Positions 1 through 10,175 of a stretch of DNA of 64,000 bases are shown here, one piece after another (positions within the stretch are counted from its first letter, which is position 1; every line of letters begins with the position of its first letter). The stretch is taken from assembly GCA_965248925.1 (NCBI GenBank), contig CBDFLE010000006.1, forward strand, positions 544,001 to 608,000. Direction: 5' to 3'. The notes under the pieces were generated by a model that saw only the letters and a list, made by a program, of their open reading frames with translations, was not told the origin of the DNA and did no database searches. The translations under genes were made by a program, and so were the position numbers. Source of the stretch: Candidatus Multivoradales bacterium (lineage in GTDB: Bacteria > Acidobacteriota > Thermoanaerobaculia > Multivoradales > J023).

Positions 1-3000
1 GCCGCTTTCGAGGCCGCCGATGGCGAGTTCTTCTTCGGCGGGGTCAACGGCTTCAGCAGCTTCTATCCGGCCGCGATCTACGCTAACCCCTATCGCCCGC
101 AAATCAAGCTTACCCGAGTGCTGAAGTTCAACGATCCGCTGCGTTTCGACCAGCCGCTGGCACAGGTCGAGCAGATCACTCTCGGACACCGCGACGACAT
201 GATCTCTTTCGAGTTCGCGGCCCTTGACTTCACCGCTCCCGACAAGAACCGCTATCGCCACCGGCTGGTGGGTTTCGACCGCGACTGGATCGACTCTAGC
301 GAACCTCGTCGGGCGACCTACACCAACCTGGCAGCCGGCACTTACACCTTGCAGGTTCAGGGCTCGAACAACGATGGCCTGTGGAGCGACCAAGATCTCG
401 AACTTGAGCTGTTGGTACTGCCGCCGCCGTGGCAGACCTGGTGGGCCTGGGGACTCTATGCCGTCGCCTCCGCCTGGATGCTATTGCTCTTCTACCGGAC
501 TCAGCAAAGCAAGCGGCGACGAGCCGCTGAACTGGCGCGCACTAACTCCGTCCTGCGCCGCGAGATCACTGAAGGCCAGGCCAAGGAAGAAGCCCTCGGG
601 CGCGAGCAGAAGCGGGCGCAGGCCTATCTCGATGTTGCCGAGGTGATCATGGTCGCGGTCGATGCCGCGGGTCAGGTGACATTGATCAACCCCAAGGGGC
701 GTGAGCTTCTCGGCTGCCTCGAGCAGGAGACCGTGGGCAAGAGCTGGGTCGATTGCTTTGTGCCGGTGGAGCATCGGTCGAGAGTTCGCAGCCACCTCGA
801 CAGCGTGGCCACCGGGGCCTACGAGTATCCGCTGCTCACCCGCTACGGCGAAGAACGCATCATCGAGTGGCGGACCGCCCGCCTGCCGGGTCTTGATGGC
901 GAGCCCGGCGGCACTCTAAGTTCGGGATTGGATCTGACCCAGGTACGGCAACTCAAAGAAGCAAAGGAAAGCGCCGAGCAGGACAACCGCGCAAAATCGC
1001 TCTTCTTGGCCAATATGAGCCACGAGATTCGCACGCCGATGAACGGCGTTCTGGGCATGATCGAGCTGCTGCTCAACACCCCCTTGACCGAGCGCCAGAC
1101 GAAGTTCGCCATCACCGCTCGACGCTCGGCACACAACCTGCTGGACTTGCTCAACAACGTCCTCGATTTCTCCAAGATCGAGGCTGGCAAGCTCGAACTC
1201 GAGCAAGTCGAGGTACCCTTGGCCGAGCTGCTTTATGAGGTCGCCGAGCTCTTTGCCGAAGCCAGCGACGCCAAGGACATCGAACTGCTGTGCGAGATCG
1301 ACCCGCAGCTGCCTGAGCAGCTCGCTACCGATCCCACCCGGCTACGCCAGATTCTGGTCAATCTGCTCAGTAACGCCATCAAGTTCACCGACCGCGGCCA
1401 AGTGACGCTCAGCGCCACCCCCCAGGCAGAATCCCTGCTCACCGACGGCAGCGATGAAGAGCGTCCGCAAGTGCTGTTCGAAATCGTCGACACCGGCATT
1501 GGCCTCGACGAGCAGGCGCGCGCGCGGATTTTCGGAGCTTTCCATCAGGCCGACGGCTCGACCACTCGCAAGTACGGCGGCACCGGACTCGGGCTGTCGA
1601 TCTGCACCGAGCTGGTGGCCCTGATGGGAGGCCGGATGGGGGTCGACAGCGGCAAGGTCGGAAGTGCTGGTGGCGCCGGCGGGGGCGGCATGGGCTCGCG
1701 ATTCTGGTTCACTTTACCCCTCGATCCGAGCGCCGCCACAAGCCGCCAGCGCGCGACCTTCAAGGATCCTCCGCGAGTGCTGGTTGTCGACGACAATCAG
1801 GCCTGTCGCCGCGGTCTAAAGAGCCAACTTGAGTCCTGGAAGATCGCCGTGGATACCGCTTCCACCGGCCCCGAGGGGTTCCGGAAGCTGCTGGCGGCAA
1901 GCGTCGAGGGTCGGCCCTATGGCCTGTTGTTGGTCGACCGCCGGATGCCCGGCATGGACGGTATTGAGTTCGCCCTCGCGCTTCGCGGCTGCCCACCATT
2001 GGCAGACGTTCCGACCATCCTAATGGCCGCCGTCGCACCACCGAGCAGCGAGCAACTCGAAAATACTCGGCTGGTGCATTTGCTGTCCAAACCGGTGCGC
2101 CCGAATGAACTCTACGATTGCCTGCGGGCGGTCGTCTCCCCCGACCAATTCACCCTCGCGCGGTCGGCAGAAAAGCCGGCGACCTTCACCAAGCTCGATG
2201 GCGCCCAGTTGTTGGTGGTTGAAGACAACCAGGTCAACCAAGAGGTGGCGCGCTCGATCCTGGAGAATCAGGGCTGTCAGGTAGAGGTAGCCAGCAACGG
2301 AGTTCGCGCCCTCGAACTACTCGCCTGTCGCCGTTTCGACGCCGTGTTGATGGACTGTCAGATGCCGGAGCTCGATGGCTACGAAATCACCCGCAAGCTC
2401 CGCCACCGTGAGCTTCATTCGGGCTCGGACCGACTGCCAGTCATCGCCATGACCGCCAACGCGATGCAAGGGGATCGGGAGCGCTGTCTAGCCGCCGGCA
2501 TGGATGATTACTTGAGCAAGCCTTTTCGCCCCGAAGAGCTTCGCCACTGCCTGCTACGCTGGTTGCCGGCCCACCGGCCCGGGGGCCAGGCGACCAGCCC
2601 GGTCAAGCAGCCGCCACCTTTGCTCACTCCGCCCGCCAGGCCCAGCCAAACTACCCCGGGACAACTCAACCCGCGAGCGTTGGAGCAACTACGTAAGATC
2701 GAAGCGCGAGGTTCACGCGGCTTCTTTCGCCGTATCGTCAGACAATATCTGGCCACTACCCCAACTCTCGTCGACCAGCTACAGCGGGCCCTCGAAGGCC
2801 ATCAGCAGAGCAACATTCGGCGGACCGCACACAGCCTGAAATCGTCGAGCGGCAATCTCGGCGCCGGCCACCTGGCTGGCCTCTGTAGGCAGCTAGAGCT
2901 GGTGGACGAGGATCAGGCCCGGAATCTGCCAAGCCTGGTAGGGGCGGTGGCCAGCGAGCACAGCCAGATCTGCGCCCAACTCGAACACGAACTTCTCGGC

Positions 3001-3012
3001 GAAGCTTCCTAG
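1..3012 (+). CDS. Hybrid sensor histidine kinase (periplasmic propeller/Y_Y_Y, TM, PAS, HisKA, HATPase, 2 REC, Hpt); 5'-partial
   Basis: Frame is open from base 1 (AAFEAADGEFFFGGVNG). Motifs: YTNLAAGTYTLQVQGSN (Y_Y_Y), FLANMSHEIRTPMNG (H-box), DGSTTRKYGGTGLGL, two receiver domains, AHSLKSSS (Hpt). Confidence 0.95.
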   Translation, partial: AAFEAADGEFFFGGVNGFSSFYPAAIYANPYRPQIKLTRVLKFNDPLRFDQPLAQVEQITLGHRDDMISFEFAALDFTAPDKNRYRHRLVGFDRDWIDSSEPRRATYTNLAAGTYTLQVQGSNNDGLWSDQDLELELLVLPPPWQTWWAWGLYAVASAWMLLLFYRTQQSKRRRAAELARTNSVLRREITEGQAKEEALGREQKRAQAYLDVAEVIMVAVDAAGQVTLINPKGRELLGCLEQETVGKSWVDCFVPVEHRSRVRSHLDSVATGAYEYPLLTRYGEERIIEWRTARLPGLDGEPGGTLSSGLDLTQVRQLKEAKESAEQDNRAKSLFLANMSHEIRTPMNGVLGMIELLLNTPLTERQTKFAITARRSAHNLLDLLNNVLDFSKIEAGKLELEQVEVPLAELLYEVAELFAEASDAKDIELLCEIDPQLPEQLATDPTRLRQILVNLLSNAIKFTDRGQVTLSATPQAESLLTDGSDEERPQVLFEIVDTGIGLDEQARARIFGAFHQADGSTTRKYGGTGLGLSICTELVALMGGRMGVDSGKVGSAGGAGGGGMGSRFWFTLPLDPSAATSRQRATFKDPPRVLVVDDNQACRRGLKSQLESWKIAVDTASTGPEGFRKLLAASVEGRPYGLLLVDRRMPGMDGIEFALALRGCPPLADVPTILMAAVAPPSSEQLENTRLVHLLSKPVRPNELYDCLRAVVSPDQFTLARSAEKPATFTKLDGAQLLVVEDNQVNQEVARSILENQGCQVEVASNGVRALELLACRRFDAVLMDCQMPELDGYEITRKLRHRELHSGSDRLPVIAMTANAMQGDRERCLAAGMDDYLSKPFRPEELRHCLLRWLPAHRPGGQATSPVKQPPPLLTPPARPSQTTPGQLNPRALEQLRKIEARGSRGFFRRIVRQYLATTPTLVDQLQRALEGHQQSNIRRTAHSLKSSSGNLGAGHLAGLCRQLELVDEDQARNLPSLVGAVASEHSQICAQLEHELLGEAS

Positions 3013-3016
3013 CTGC

Positions 3017-3553
3017 TCAAAGCTGGAAGCGAAAGATCGCACCCAGGGTGTAGGTGTCGGTGTCGACATCAAAGTCTTCGAGCTGGTCCCAATCATCGAA
3101 TCGGTAGGTGGCGTTGAGGTCGATCCGCAGCGCCCCGAGCAACTGCAATTCCCAACCCAGGCGGACGGCGTAGAAGGGGTCGTAATCGTCGTCGAGACCG
3201 GATGAATAGGTGACCCCTGCGCCTACTCCGCCGTAAAACGAACCGCCGACCAGGATGAAGGCCTGCGGCGCCCAGGCGGTTTCGTCGGTGCCGGCAAAAC
3301 CGTTCTCGAAGACCTCTAGATCGAGTTCAAAGCGAAAGAATCCACCGGGCACGTATTGGTAGCTCAGGATGTAAGACTCGCCATCGTCATCGATGTTGTC
3401 GAGTTCACTGTTGCTAGGCAAGCCATCGAATGTCTGCCAATAGCGCAGGCCGATGCCGAGTCGGTGATCGGCGGCGGTGCTCGGCGAAGCCACGGCCAGC
3501 GCTGCCAAGGTTGAAAAGAGCAGCACGCTCAGAGCCAAACGACTGCGAATCAT
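3017..3553 (-). CDS. Small outer-membrane beta-barrel protein
   Basis: ATG at 3553 with GGAGG upstream; signal peptide MIRSRLALSVLLFSTLAALAVASPSTA; amphipathic beta strands; C-terminal YTLGAIFRFQL. Confidence 0.75.
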   Translation of the reverse strand: MIRSRLALSVLLFSTLAALAVASPSTAADHRLGIGLRYWQTFDGLPSNSELDNIDDDGESYILSYQYVPGGFFRFELDLEVFENGFAGTDETAWAPQAFILVGGSFYGGVGAGVTYSSGLDDDYDPFYAVRLGWELQLLGALRIDLNATYRFDDWDQLEDFDVDTDTYTLGAIFRFQL

Positions 3554-3691
3554 CTGCAATCCTCCAGTTGTTCCGCCGGAAAAGAATTGTCCGGACTGCG
3601 AAATTCCACACTCAGCATACCGCGCCGGACCCTCGGCGTGCGATCGCCTGCTACTGTGGAGTTTCACCGACAAACTAAGGAACCCAATGAT

Positions 3692-4678
3692 ATGTCCCCC
3701 TCCCTTACGGATCTTGATGTTCAGCCAAGTATCGCCGATCTCGAAGACGCGGCAGGGCGGATAGCACCCTTCATCCACCGCACCCCGGTGGTGACTTGCA
3801 ACACGATCAACCAGCGGCTGGGCGCCGAGCTGTATTTCAAATGTGAGAACTTCCAGCGAATCGGCGCCTTCAAGATGCGCGGCGCCAGCAATGTGTTGGC
3901 CTCGCTGAGCGAGGACGAACTACAACGCGGCGTCACCACTCATTCGTCGGGCAACCACGCTCAGGCAGTGGCCCTGGCGGCTCGGCTGATCGGCACCCGA
4001 GCCCACTTGGTGATGCCCAAGAACGCCCCGCGAGTGAAACTTGGGGCGGTTCGCGGCTACGGCGCCAAGGTGACCCTGTGCGAGCCTACCCAGGCCGCCC
4101 GCGAGCAAGCCACCGCCGAGATAGTGGCCACCCACGGCATGTCGATGGTCCATCCGTTTAATGATCCACGGATCGTTGCCGGCCAGGCCAGCGTCGCCCG
4201 CGAGCTACTCGAAGACGTACCGCAGCTTGATTTGATCGTCGCCCCGACGGGTGGCGGCGGACTGCTCGCGGGTACCTCCTTGACTCGCCACTACCAGGCA
4301 CCACAGGTGCAAGTCTTCGGCGCCGAGCCCGAGGCCGCCGACGATGCCCAGCGCTCACTGCGCGGTGGCCAACGAGTCGCCAACGAGAGCCCACCCATAA
4401 CTATCTGCGACGGTCTGCTGACTTCCATCGGCGAATACCCTTGGTCGATCATCCGACACCACGTCGCTGACATTCTGACCGCCTCTGACGCCGAAGTCAC
4501 CAGCGCCATGCGGCTGATCTGGGAACGGATGAAAATCATCGTCGAGCCTTCCGCAGCGGTGGCTTTGGCGGTGCTGCTAGCCGGCCGGCTGGAGGTCAGC
4601 AATAAGAAGGTCGGAGTGATCCTCTCCGGCGGCAACGTCGATCTCGACCATCTTCCCTGGCTGGGCACCGGCGGCTGA
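3692..4678 (+). CDS. PLP-dependent threonine/serine dehydratase or serine racemase family protein
   Basis: FKCENFQRIGAFKMRGA (PLP lysine), HSSGNHAQ, GGGGLL, ILSGGNVD. Start placed at ATG 3692. Confidence 0.93.
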   Translation: MSPSLTDLDVQPSIADLEDAAGRIAPFIHRTPVVTCNTINQRLGAELYFKCENFQRIGAFKMRGASNVLASLSEDELQRGVTTHSSGNHAQAVALAARLIGTRAHLVMPKNAPRVKLGAVRGYGAKVTLCEPTQAAREQATAEIVATHGMSMVHPFNDPRIVAGQASVARELLEDVPQLDLIVAPTGGGGLLAGTSLTRHYQAPQVQVFGAEPEAADDAQRSLRGGQRVANESPPITICDGLLTSIGEYPWSIIRHHVADILTASDAEVTSAMRLIWERMKIIVEPSAAVALAVLLAGRLEVSNKKVGVILSGGNVDLDHLPWLGTGG

Positions 4679-4712
4679 GGAGGCTGCGGCTCGACAATTC
4701 CCCATCTCGTGA

Positions 4713-4973
4713 ATGAATATCATGCACGCCAGGAGTGATTGTCATTCACAGCCTCTCCCCCGATCACTCAGGCAGATCCAGCTTTGGGCATTGGAATCGC
4801 CTTCTTGCCTGGTGCTCATCGGCGCCCGACAGGTGGAAAAGGCTCTGAATCAGACAGACCGACCGCTGCCCACCCTGTTGGCGGCCGGGCGACTAGCGCA
4901 CCAAGATGGCGAGTTTCGACGGGCAGAAACGCCCACTTGGTGGCCGCTGAACGCCAGATCTACTCGGTATTGA
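4713..4973 (+). pseudogene. Probable remnant of an AAA_14/DUF4143 ATPase gene
   Basis: ALESPSCLVLIGARQVEKA resembles the family N-terminus with Walker A GARQVGKT; AETPTWWPLN resembles the later TLWPLS motif. Far too short to be intact. Confidence 0.45.
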
Positions 4974-5025
4974 TCTTGCTGTGTAGATTGTCTGGAGACC
5001 GAGAACAACCCAGGGAAGGCTCGCC

Positions 5026-6768
5026 ATGAACGAAATCTTTATCAGCTACTCGCGCCGGGACCGAGCGCGGGCCAAGCAGCTTGCGCAGGCCCTTGAAGAC
5101 GAAGGCTTCCAAATCTGGTGGGACCGCAAGATTCCGCCGGGTCGAACCTTCGACGAAGTCATCGAGGAAGCCCTCGATCGAGCCAAATGCGTGATCGTAC
5201 TGTGGTCGCGGGTGTCGACCGAATCGGATTGGGTCAAGGAAGAGGCAGCCTACGGCAAGCAGCGTGGCATCCTGGTGCCGGTGCTGATCGACGCCACCGA
5301 CCTCCCCCTCGGCTTCGGCCGTATTCAAACCGCCAACCTGGTGCATTGGAAGGGCGAGAACGACCATCCAGATTGGCTCAGTTTGGTGGCTTCGATCACC
5401 GCCCGCGTGGGTCCCCGACCGCCCTCACCTACGCTCCCACCCACACGACCAGAGTTTCGTCGATCTCGACTGTGGCTATGGGCGACGGTGCTGGTGACGG
5501 TGCTGGCGCTGGCTGGCGGCTTCCTAGCCAGCCGCTGGGGGCTTGTCGAGCGCTGGATCGACCCTAGTACAGTGGACCTACCACCGATCCCGAATAGAGA
5601 AAGCAGACCGGCAAGGGTGGCGACCGAGGAAGAGGCCAAAGCTGAGGAAGAGGCCAAAGCTGAGGAAGAGGCCAAAGCTGAGGAAGAGGTCAAGGCTGAG
5701 GAAGAGGCCAAAGCTGAGGAAGAGGCCAAGGCTGAGGCACCCAAGATGGCGAGCGCCCGACTAGCAGCAATCGACCAGCTAGCGCTCACCGCCATCGACG
5801 ATCAAGAACTGATCGACGCCTACCGACTGCTGCTCGAGAAGCATGGAACGCACCTCGACCCGGCCCAGGCGAAGCGGGTGAGCAGAACTGCCGGCGCATT
5901 GCAACAATCTCTGAAAGAGTCCAACCAGCTCGCGGCGGCCGGCTCCGAGCTAGCCCTCGACAAGCTGGAGCGAGCCTGGACCGCCTTCGAACCACCGCGG
6001 CCGCCCAGTCCCTTGGCCAGCGAACGCCAGCGCCAGCTGCAGCAGATCAAGCGCATCCACCAAGAGCAAGCGACTGTCGTCACCGCTGAAAAGAACTTCA
6101 TCACCGGCAGCTCTTTCCGCTCGGGCGCCGACGATAGGGTGACCGGCGTGACCGGCATCAGCCGAAGATTCGCAGCCGGCACGGCGGTCCATCTTTTTGC
6201 CCGCGTCCACGCACCGCGGGCAGAAGTGCTGCGACTGGAATGGCGATTCGAAGACAAGATCTTGCACTCGCGCCAACAGCAGGTTCAGGCCTCCGCCGGC
6301 TACCGCTTATTCTTTTCCAAAACCTATGGCCAGGCTGGCCAGGGCGAGGTACGGCTGTACAACCAAGAGCAAGTGTTGATCGCTCGCCGCGAGCTGATCA
6401 TCGAGGGTGCTAGCCGGGGGGGCCCCCGCCGGCGCTTCGTCGAACGCGACAGTGAAACCTTCGTCGACAGCCAGCGAAACCACCTCTGGACCCGGCATGA
6501 TCAGGCGGCGGGCAAAGCTCTGCGCTGGGAGGCCGCCGCCAAGGTCTGCTCTCAGCTGCGGCTCAGCGGCAGGACCGACTGGCGGCTGCCATCGATCGGT
6601 GAACTGGCGGAAGTCCACAAGTTCGCTGGCGAAATCAAGCTAGCGCTCGCTGCCAAGCAAAGCAGCATATGGAGCTCCGAGCAGCAGCAGTTGGACTTCA
6701 CCGACGGCCAGTACCCCAGTAGTCGCGACCGCAAACGACGGGCCGGTGTGCTTTGCGTCCACGACTGA
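5026..6768 (+). CDS. TIR-domain membrane protein with C-terminal DUF1566 (Lcl-like) domain
   Basis: IFISYSRRD...SDWVKEE (TIR_2); TM helix LWLWATVLVTVLALAGGFLA; LRWEAAAKVCSQLRLSGRTDWRLPSIGEL...VLCVHD (DUF1566). Confidence 0.85.
   Translation: MNEIFISYSRRDRARAKQLAQALEDEGFQIWWDRKIPPGRTFDEVIEEALDRAKCVIVLWSRVSTESDWVKEEAAYGKQRGILVPVLIDATDLPLGFGRIQTANLVHWKGENDHPDWLSLVASITARVGPRPPSPTLPPTRPEFRRSRLWLWATVLVTVLALAGGFLASRWGLVERWIDPSTVDLPPIPNRESRPARVATEEEAKAEEEAKAEEEAKAEEEVKAEEEAKAEEEAKAEAPKMASARLAAIDQLALTAIDDQELIDAYRLLLEKHGTHLDPAQAKRVSRTAGALQQSLKESNQLAAAGSELALDKLERAWTAFEPPRPPSPLASERQRQLQQIKRIHQEQATVVTAEKNFITGSSFRSGADDRVTGVTGISRRFAAGTAVHLFARVHAPRAEVLRLEWRFEDKILHSRQQQVQASAGYRLFFSKTYGQAGQGEVRLYNQEQVLIARRELIIEGASRGGPRRRFVERDSETFVDSQRNHLWTRHDQAAGKALRWEAAAKVCSQLRLSGRTDWRLPSIGELAEVHKFAGEIKLALAAKQSSIWSSEQQQLDFTDGQYPSSRDRKRRAGVLCVHD
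5626..5733 (+). repeat. Six tandem 18-bp repeats encoding EEEAKA
   Basis: GAGGAAGAGGCCAAAGCT x6 with minor variants. Confidence 0.95.
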
Positions 6769-6777
6769 ACCTTGTGC

Positions 6778-9048
6778 TCAGTGAACCTCGGCATCGGGGA
6801 AATTGAGCATAATCTGGCCATCGCGGGCATCGACCACCACCCGACCGCCGCCGGTGAGGCGGCCGAAGAGCAGCTCTTCAGTCAGCGGGCGCTTGACCGT
6901 ATCCTCGATCACCCGGCCTAGGGGGCGGGCGCCGAACGCCGGGTCGTAGCCCTTCTCGGCCAGTAGATCGCGGCCAGCGGCGGTGACTTCCAGGGTCACC
7001 TTCTTCTCCTTCAGCGGTTGGCGAAGTTGGTCGAAGAACTTGTCGACAATCCGCGCCATGACCTTTGGATCGAGGGGGTTGAATCGCAGCTGAGCATCGA
7101 GGCGATTGCGAAACTCGGGGCTGAACAAGCGCTCTACCGCCCGCTCACCCGCGCTGCCAAGTTCGCCCTGGTGGTCGCCGAATCCCAGGCTGCGAGCAGC
7201 CATCTCACGGGCGCCCACATTGGAAGTCATCAATAAGATGACGTGGCGAAAGTCTGTCTGCTTACCGTTGGTGTCGGTCAAAGTACCATGGTCCATCACT
7301 TGCAGCAGAATGTTGAAGACGTCGCCGTGGGCCTTCTCGATCTCATCCAGTAGCAGCACCGCGTGCGGGTTCTTCGACACCGCTTCGGTGAGCAGGCCGC
7401 CGCGATCGTAGCCCACGTAACCTGGGGGCGCACCGACCAACCGCGACACCGTATGCCGCTCCATGTACTCACTCATGTCGAACCGCAAGAAGGAGATCCC
7501 GAGCACCTCGGCGAGCTGTTTGGCGGTCTCGGTCTTGCCCACCCCGGTAGGACCGGTGAGCAAGAAGGAACCGACCGGTTTCTCCGGCTCACGCAGACCG
7601 GCTCGCGAAACCTTGATCGCGCTGACCAGCCGGCCGATGGCTTCTTCTTGGCCGAATACCACCGTCTTGAGCTGCTCTTCGAGCCCTTCTAGCCGCCGAC
7701 GATCATCGCCCTTGACCTGGCGCACCGGGATCCGCGCCATGGTCGCTAGCACCTGCTCAAGTTCGCCAACGCCAACCCGATGAGCACCGCGCAGCGCCAC
7801 CGCCGCGCCGGCTTCGTCGAGCAGGTCGATCGCCTTGTCCGGTAGCTTGCGATCCCGCAGATGACGGCCGGCAAGCTCGGCGGCGGCACGAATCGCCGGC
7901 AGCGTGTAGCGCACCCCGTGGTGGGCTTCGTAGCGAGCGCGCAGGCCGAGAAATATTTTCTCGGTTTCGGCCACTGAGGGCTCGTTGATCTCGACCTTCT
8001 GGAAGCGTCGCGCCAAGGCCTGGTCTTTACGAAAGTTCTGCCGGTACTCTTCCCAAGTGGTGGCGCCGATGGCCCGCAGCCGCCCACTTTGCAGCGCCGG
8101 CTTGAGCAGGTTGGAGGCATCCATGCTGCCACGGCCAGCGCTGCCAGCGCCGACCAGGGTGTGGATCTCATCGATGAACAAGATGGGCTTGGGCTGAGCG
8201 TCGAGCGCCGCCAACACCGCTTTGAATCGGTTCTCGAAATCACCACGGTAGCGAGTTCCTGCCAACAGCGAACCCATGTCGAGGCGATAAATCCGCGCCG
8301 CGCGGAAAACCTCGGGCACCTCACCAAGGTGGATCCGCCGGGCCAGGCCCTCTACCAGAGCGGTCTTGCCAACCCCCGGATCACCGACAAATAGAGGGTT
8401 GTTCTTGCGCCGCCGCTGGAGAATGTGAAATGCCCGCTGCACCTCCTTGTCGCGGCCGATCAACGGATCGATGCCACCTTCGGCGGCCAGCGCCACCAAC
8501 TCCTGGGTGTATGCCTCGAGGGCTTCGTCGCCACGAGGGGACTCGCCGCCAGCCTCTTCGTCGGCGCCGCCCGCGCCGATGGGCACCGCTTGGGTTCCCG
8601 GCAGGGTGGGCTGTAGCTTGGAGTGGCCATGGGCAAGAAAACTGACCACATCGAGCCGGCCAACGCCCTGCTCGGCGAGCACAAAAACGGCGTGCGAGTC
8701 GGGCTCGCCAAACATCGCCACCAGCAGGTCGGTGCCGGTCATCTCTTCTTTGCCAGCGCTTTCGACATGCATGCCGGCATGGGTGATCACCCGTTGCAAA
8801 GCTAGGCTGGGCCGCGGCTCGAACTCGTCGTCAACCTCGAGCCGTTCGAGCTCGTCGGCCAGGTAGCGCTCCAGCTCTCGCCGCAGCGCCGCCGGGTCAC
8901 CGCCAGCGTGGCGCAGCACCTGAGCAGTATCTTCGTCGAGACACAGAGCGAGCAACAAATGCTCCAGCCCGGCGTATTCGTGCCCCAAACGCCCGGCCTC
9001 GGTCATCGCCACGGTCAGGGAGATCTGTAAGTCTTGTGAGAGCTTCAT
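6778..9048 (-). CDS. clpA: ATP-dependent Clp protease ATP-binding subunit ClpA
   Basis: Two AAA modules ([16 protein letters not shown]), [16 protein letters not shown], 756 aa, directly downstream of clpS. Confidence 0.96.
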   Translation of the reverse strand: MKLSQDLQISLTVAMTEAGRLGHEYAGLEHLLLALCLDEDTAQVLRHAGGDPAALRRELERYLADELERLEVDDEFEPRPSLALQRVITHAGMHVESAGKEEMTGTDLLVAMFGEPDSHAVFVLAEQGVGRLDVVSFLAHGHSKLQPTLPGTQAVPIGAGGADEEAGGESPRGDEALEAYTQELVALAAEGGIDPLIGRDKEVQRAFHILQRRRKNNPLFVGDPGVGKTALVEGLARRIHLGEVPEVFRAARIYRLDMGSLLAGTRYRGDFENRFKAVLAALDAQPKPILFIDEIHTLVGAGSAGRGSMDASNLLKPALQSGRLRAIGATTWEEYRQNFRKDQALARRFQKVEINEPSVAETEKIFLGLRARYEAHHGVRYTLPAIRAAAELAGRHLRDRKLPDKAIDLLDEAGAAVALRGAHRVGVGELEQVLATMARIPVRQVKGDDRRRLEGLEEQLKTVVFGQEEAIGRLVSAIKVSRAGLREPEKPVGSFLLTGPTGVGKTETAKQLAEVLGISFLRFDMSEYMERHTVSRLVGAPPGYVGYDRGGLLTEAVSKNPHAVLLLDEIEKAHGDVFNILLQVMDHGTLTDTNGKQTDFRHVILLMTSNVGAREMAARSLGFGDHQGELGSAGERAVERLFSPEFRNRLDAQLRFNPLDPKVMARIVDKFFDQLRQPLKEKKVTLEVTAAGRDLLAEKGYDPAFGARPLGRVIEDTVKRPLTEELLFGRLTGGGRVVVDARDGQIMLNFPDAEVH

Positions 9049-9121
9049 CGAATCCTGAAATCTCCGGCCGCGCAGCGACCCGTCTACTGGGATGCGGGTG
9101 GGAAGCGAGCCACTCGGTGGC

Positions 9122-9442
9122 TCAATCCACCTCGGTGGTCAGCTGCAAGGGCATCTCGTTGGCCCGCGCTTCTTCGGTGACCTCGGCCACCTTGGTCTCG
9201 GCGACCTCACGCGAGTAGACCCCGGCAACGCCAGCCCCTTTGTGATGCACTTGCAGCATGACTTGAGTCGCCGCAGCGGTGGACTTATGGAAGTGCTCCA
9301 CCAACACATGGATGACAAAATCCATGGTGGTGAAATCGTCGTTGTGCAGCAGCACCTTGTAGCGCCTTGGCCGCTTGACCTTGCGGCGCTCTTCGGTGGC
9401 GGATTCACCGTCGTGCTCAAAATCGTCTTCAAACTGGCCCAT
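9122..9442 (-). CDS. clpS: Clp protease adaptor ClpS
   Basis: YKVLLHNDDFTTMDFV, MLQVHHKG, EVAETKV. Confidence 0.96.
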   Translation of the reverse strand: MGQFEDDFEHDGESATEERRKVKRPRRYKVLLHNDDFTTMDFVIHVLVEHFHKSTAAATQVMLQVHHKGAGVAGVYSREVAETKVAEVTEEARANEMPLQLTTEVD

Positions 9443-9573
9443 GGCGCGCAATCTAACAGGCTACGGGCTCGCCGGGAGGTCGGCACGACCGGAACAAGGA
9501 CCCGGGCCAGCCCACCGATCAGTACAACAACCCGCGGATTGGGCGAATTCCCCGGCACCGCCAGGCAGCTCCC

Positions 9574-10146
9574 TCAACCAGTCCGATCCCCGCCACCGTA
9601 CAGTTCCGGGCGAGTGAAAGGCACCATCGCCAACAACACTGCCGGGGCATAGAGTTCGGCCCGGCCGATGGCGCCTCGGGTGAGTAGGCCAACCGCCCCT
9701 TCGCGGTGTTTCGAATCCGTACGACCAAAGACTTGGTCGTCGGCCGCGCCGAGTTCGACCCCTGAGCGCACCAGGCGAGCGATTTCTGGGGGCAAGGCAA
9801 AGCTCGCCGTCCGTGCCTTGCCAGCGCCGGTCGACCCGCGAACAACCGCCCAGGCAAAAGCCATTAAGGTACCCTCGATATCTTCGATTCCACCTTCGAG
9901 ACCCACTGCCAAGTCGGCCTCGGGAGAACGTTCGAGCGCGGCGCGGGCACGTTCGACAGCACCCCGTCGGGTCTCACCGTCGGTCATTGGCTGATCGGCG
10001 ACGCCGGATGGCACCACTAAGGCCAGGATCTGGATCCGGCGCGGTGCGAACAACCGCTGACTAGCGATCGCCACCGCTCGTCGCTTCACCGGATTGCCTG
10101 ACGCGACGACAATTCTCAATTCCCTGCCAGCTCTAGGATCGTTCAA
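9574..10146 (-). CDS. yjjX: Inosine/xanthosine triphosphatase (YjjX family)
   Basis: VASGNPVK, SGVADQPM, VGLEGGI, GAVGLLT. Confidence 0.9.
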   Translation of the reverse strand: MNDPRAGRELRIVVASGNPVKRRAVAIASQRLFAPRRIQILALVVPSGVADQPMTDGETRRGAVERARAALERSPEADLAVGLEGGIEDIEGTLMAFAWAVVRGSTGAGKARTASFALPPEIARLVRSGVELGAADDQVFGRTDSKHREGAVGLLTRGAIGRAELYAPAVLLAMVPFTRPELYGGGDRTG

Positions 10147-10175
10147 CCTTGGCCAACTCCTTCCTCTACTGCAAG

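Noticed and set aside
5626-5733. Tandem repeats as a possible CRISPR array (also 28432-28483, 12167-12202)
   Set aside because: No unique spacers, units too short, and no cas genes in the window.
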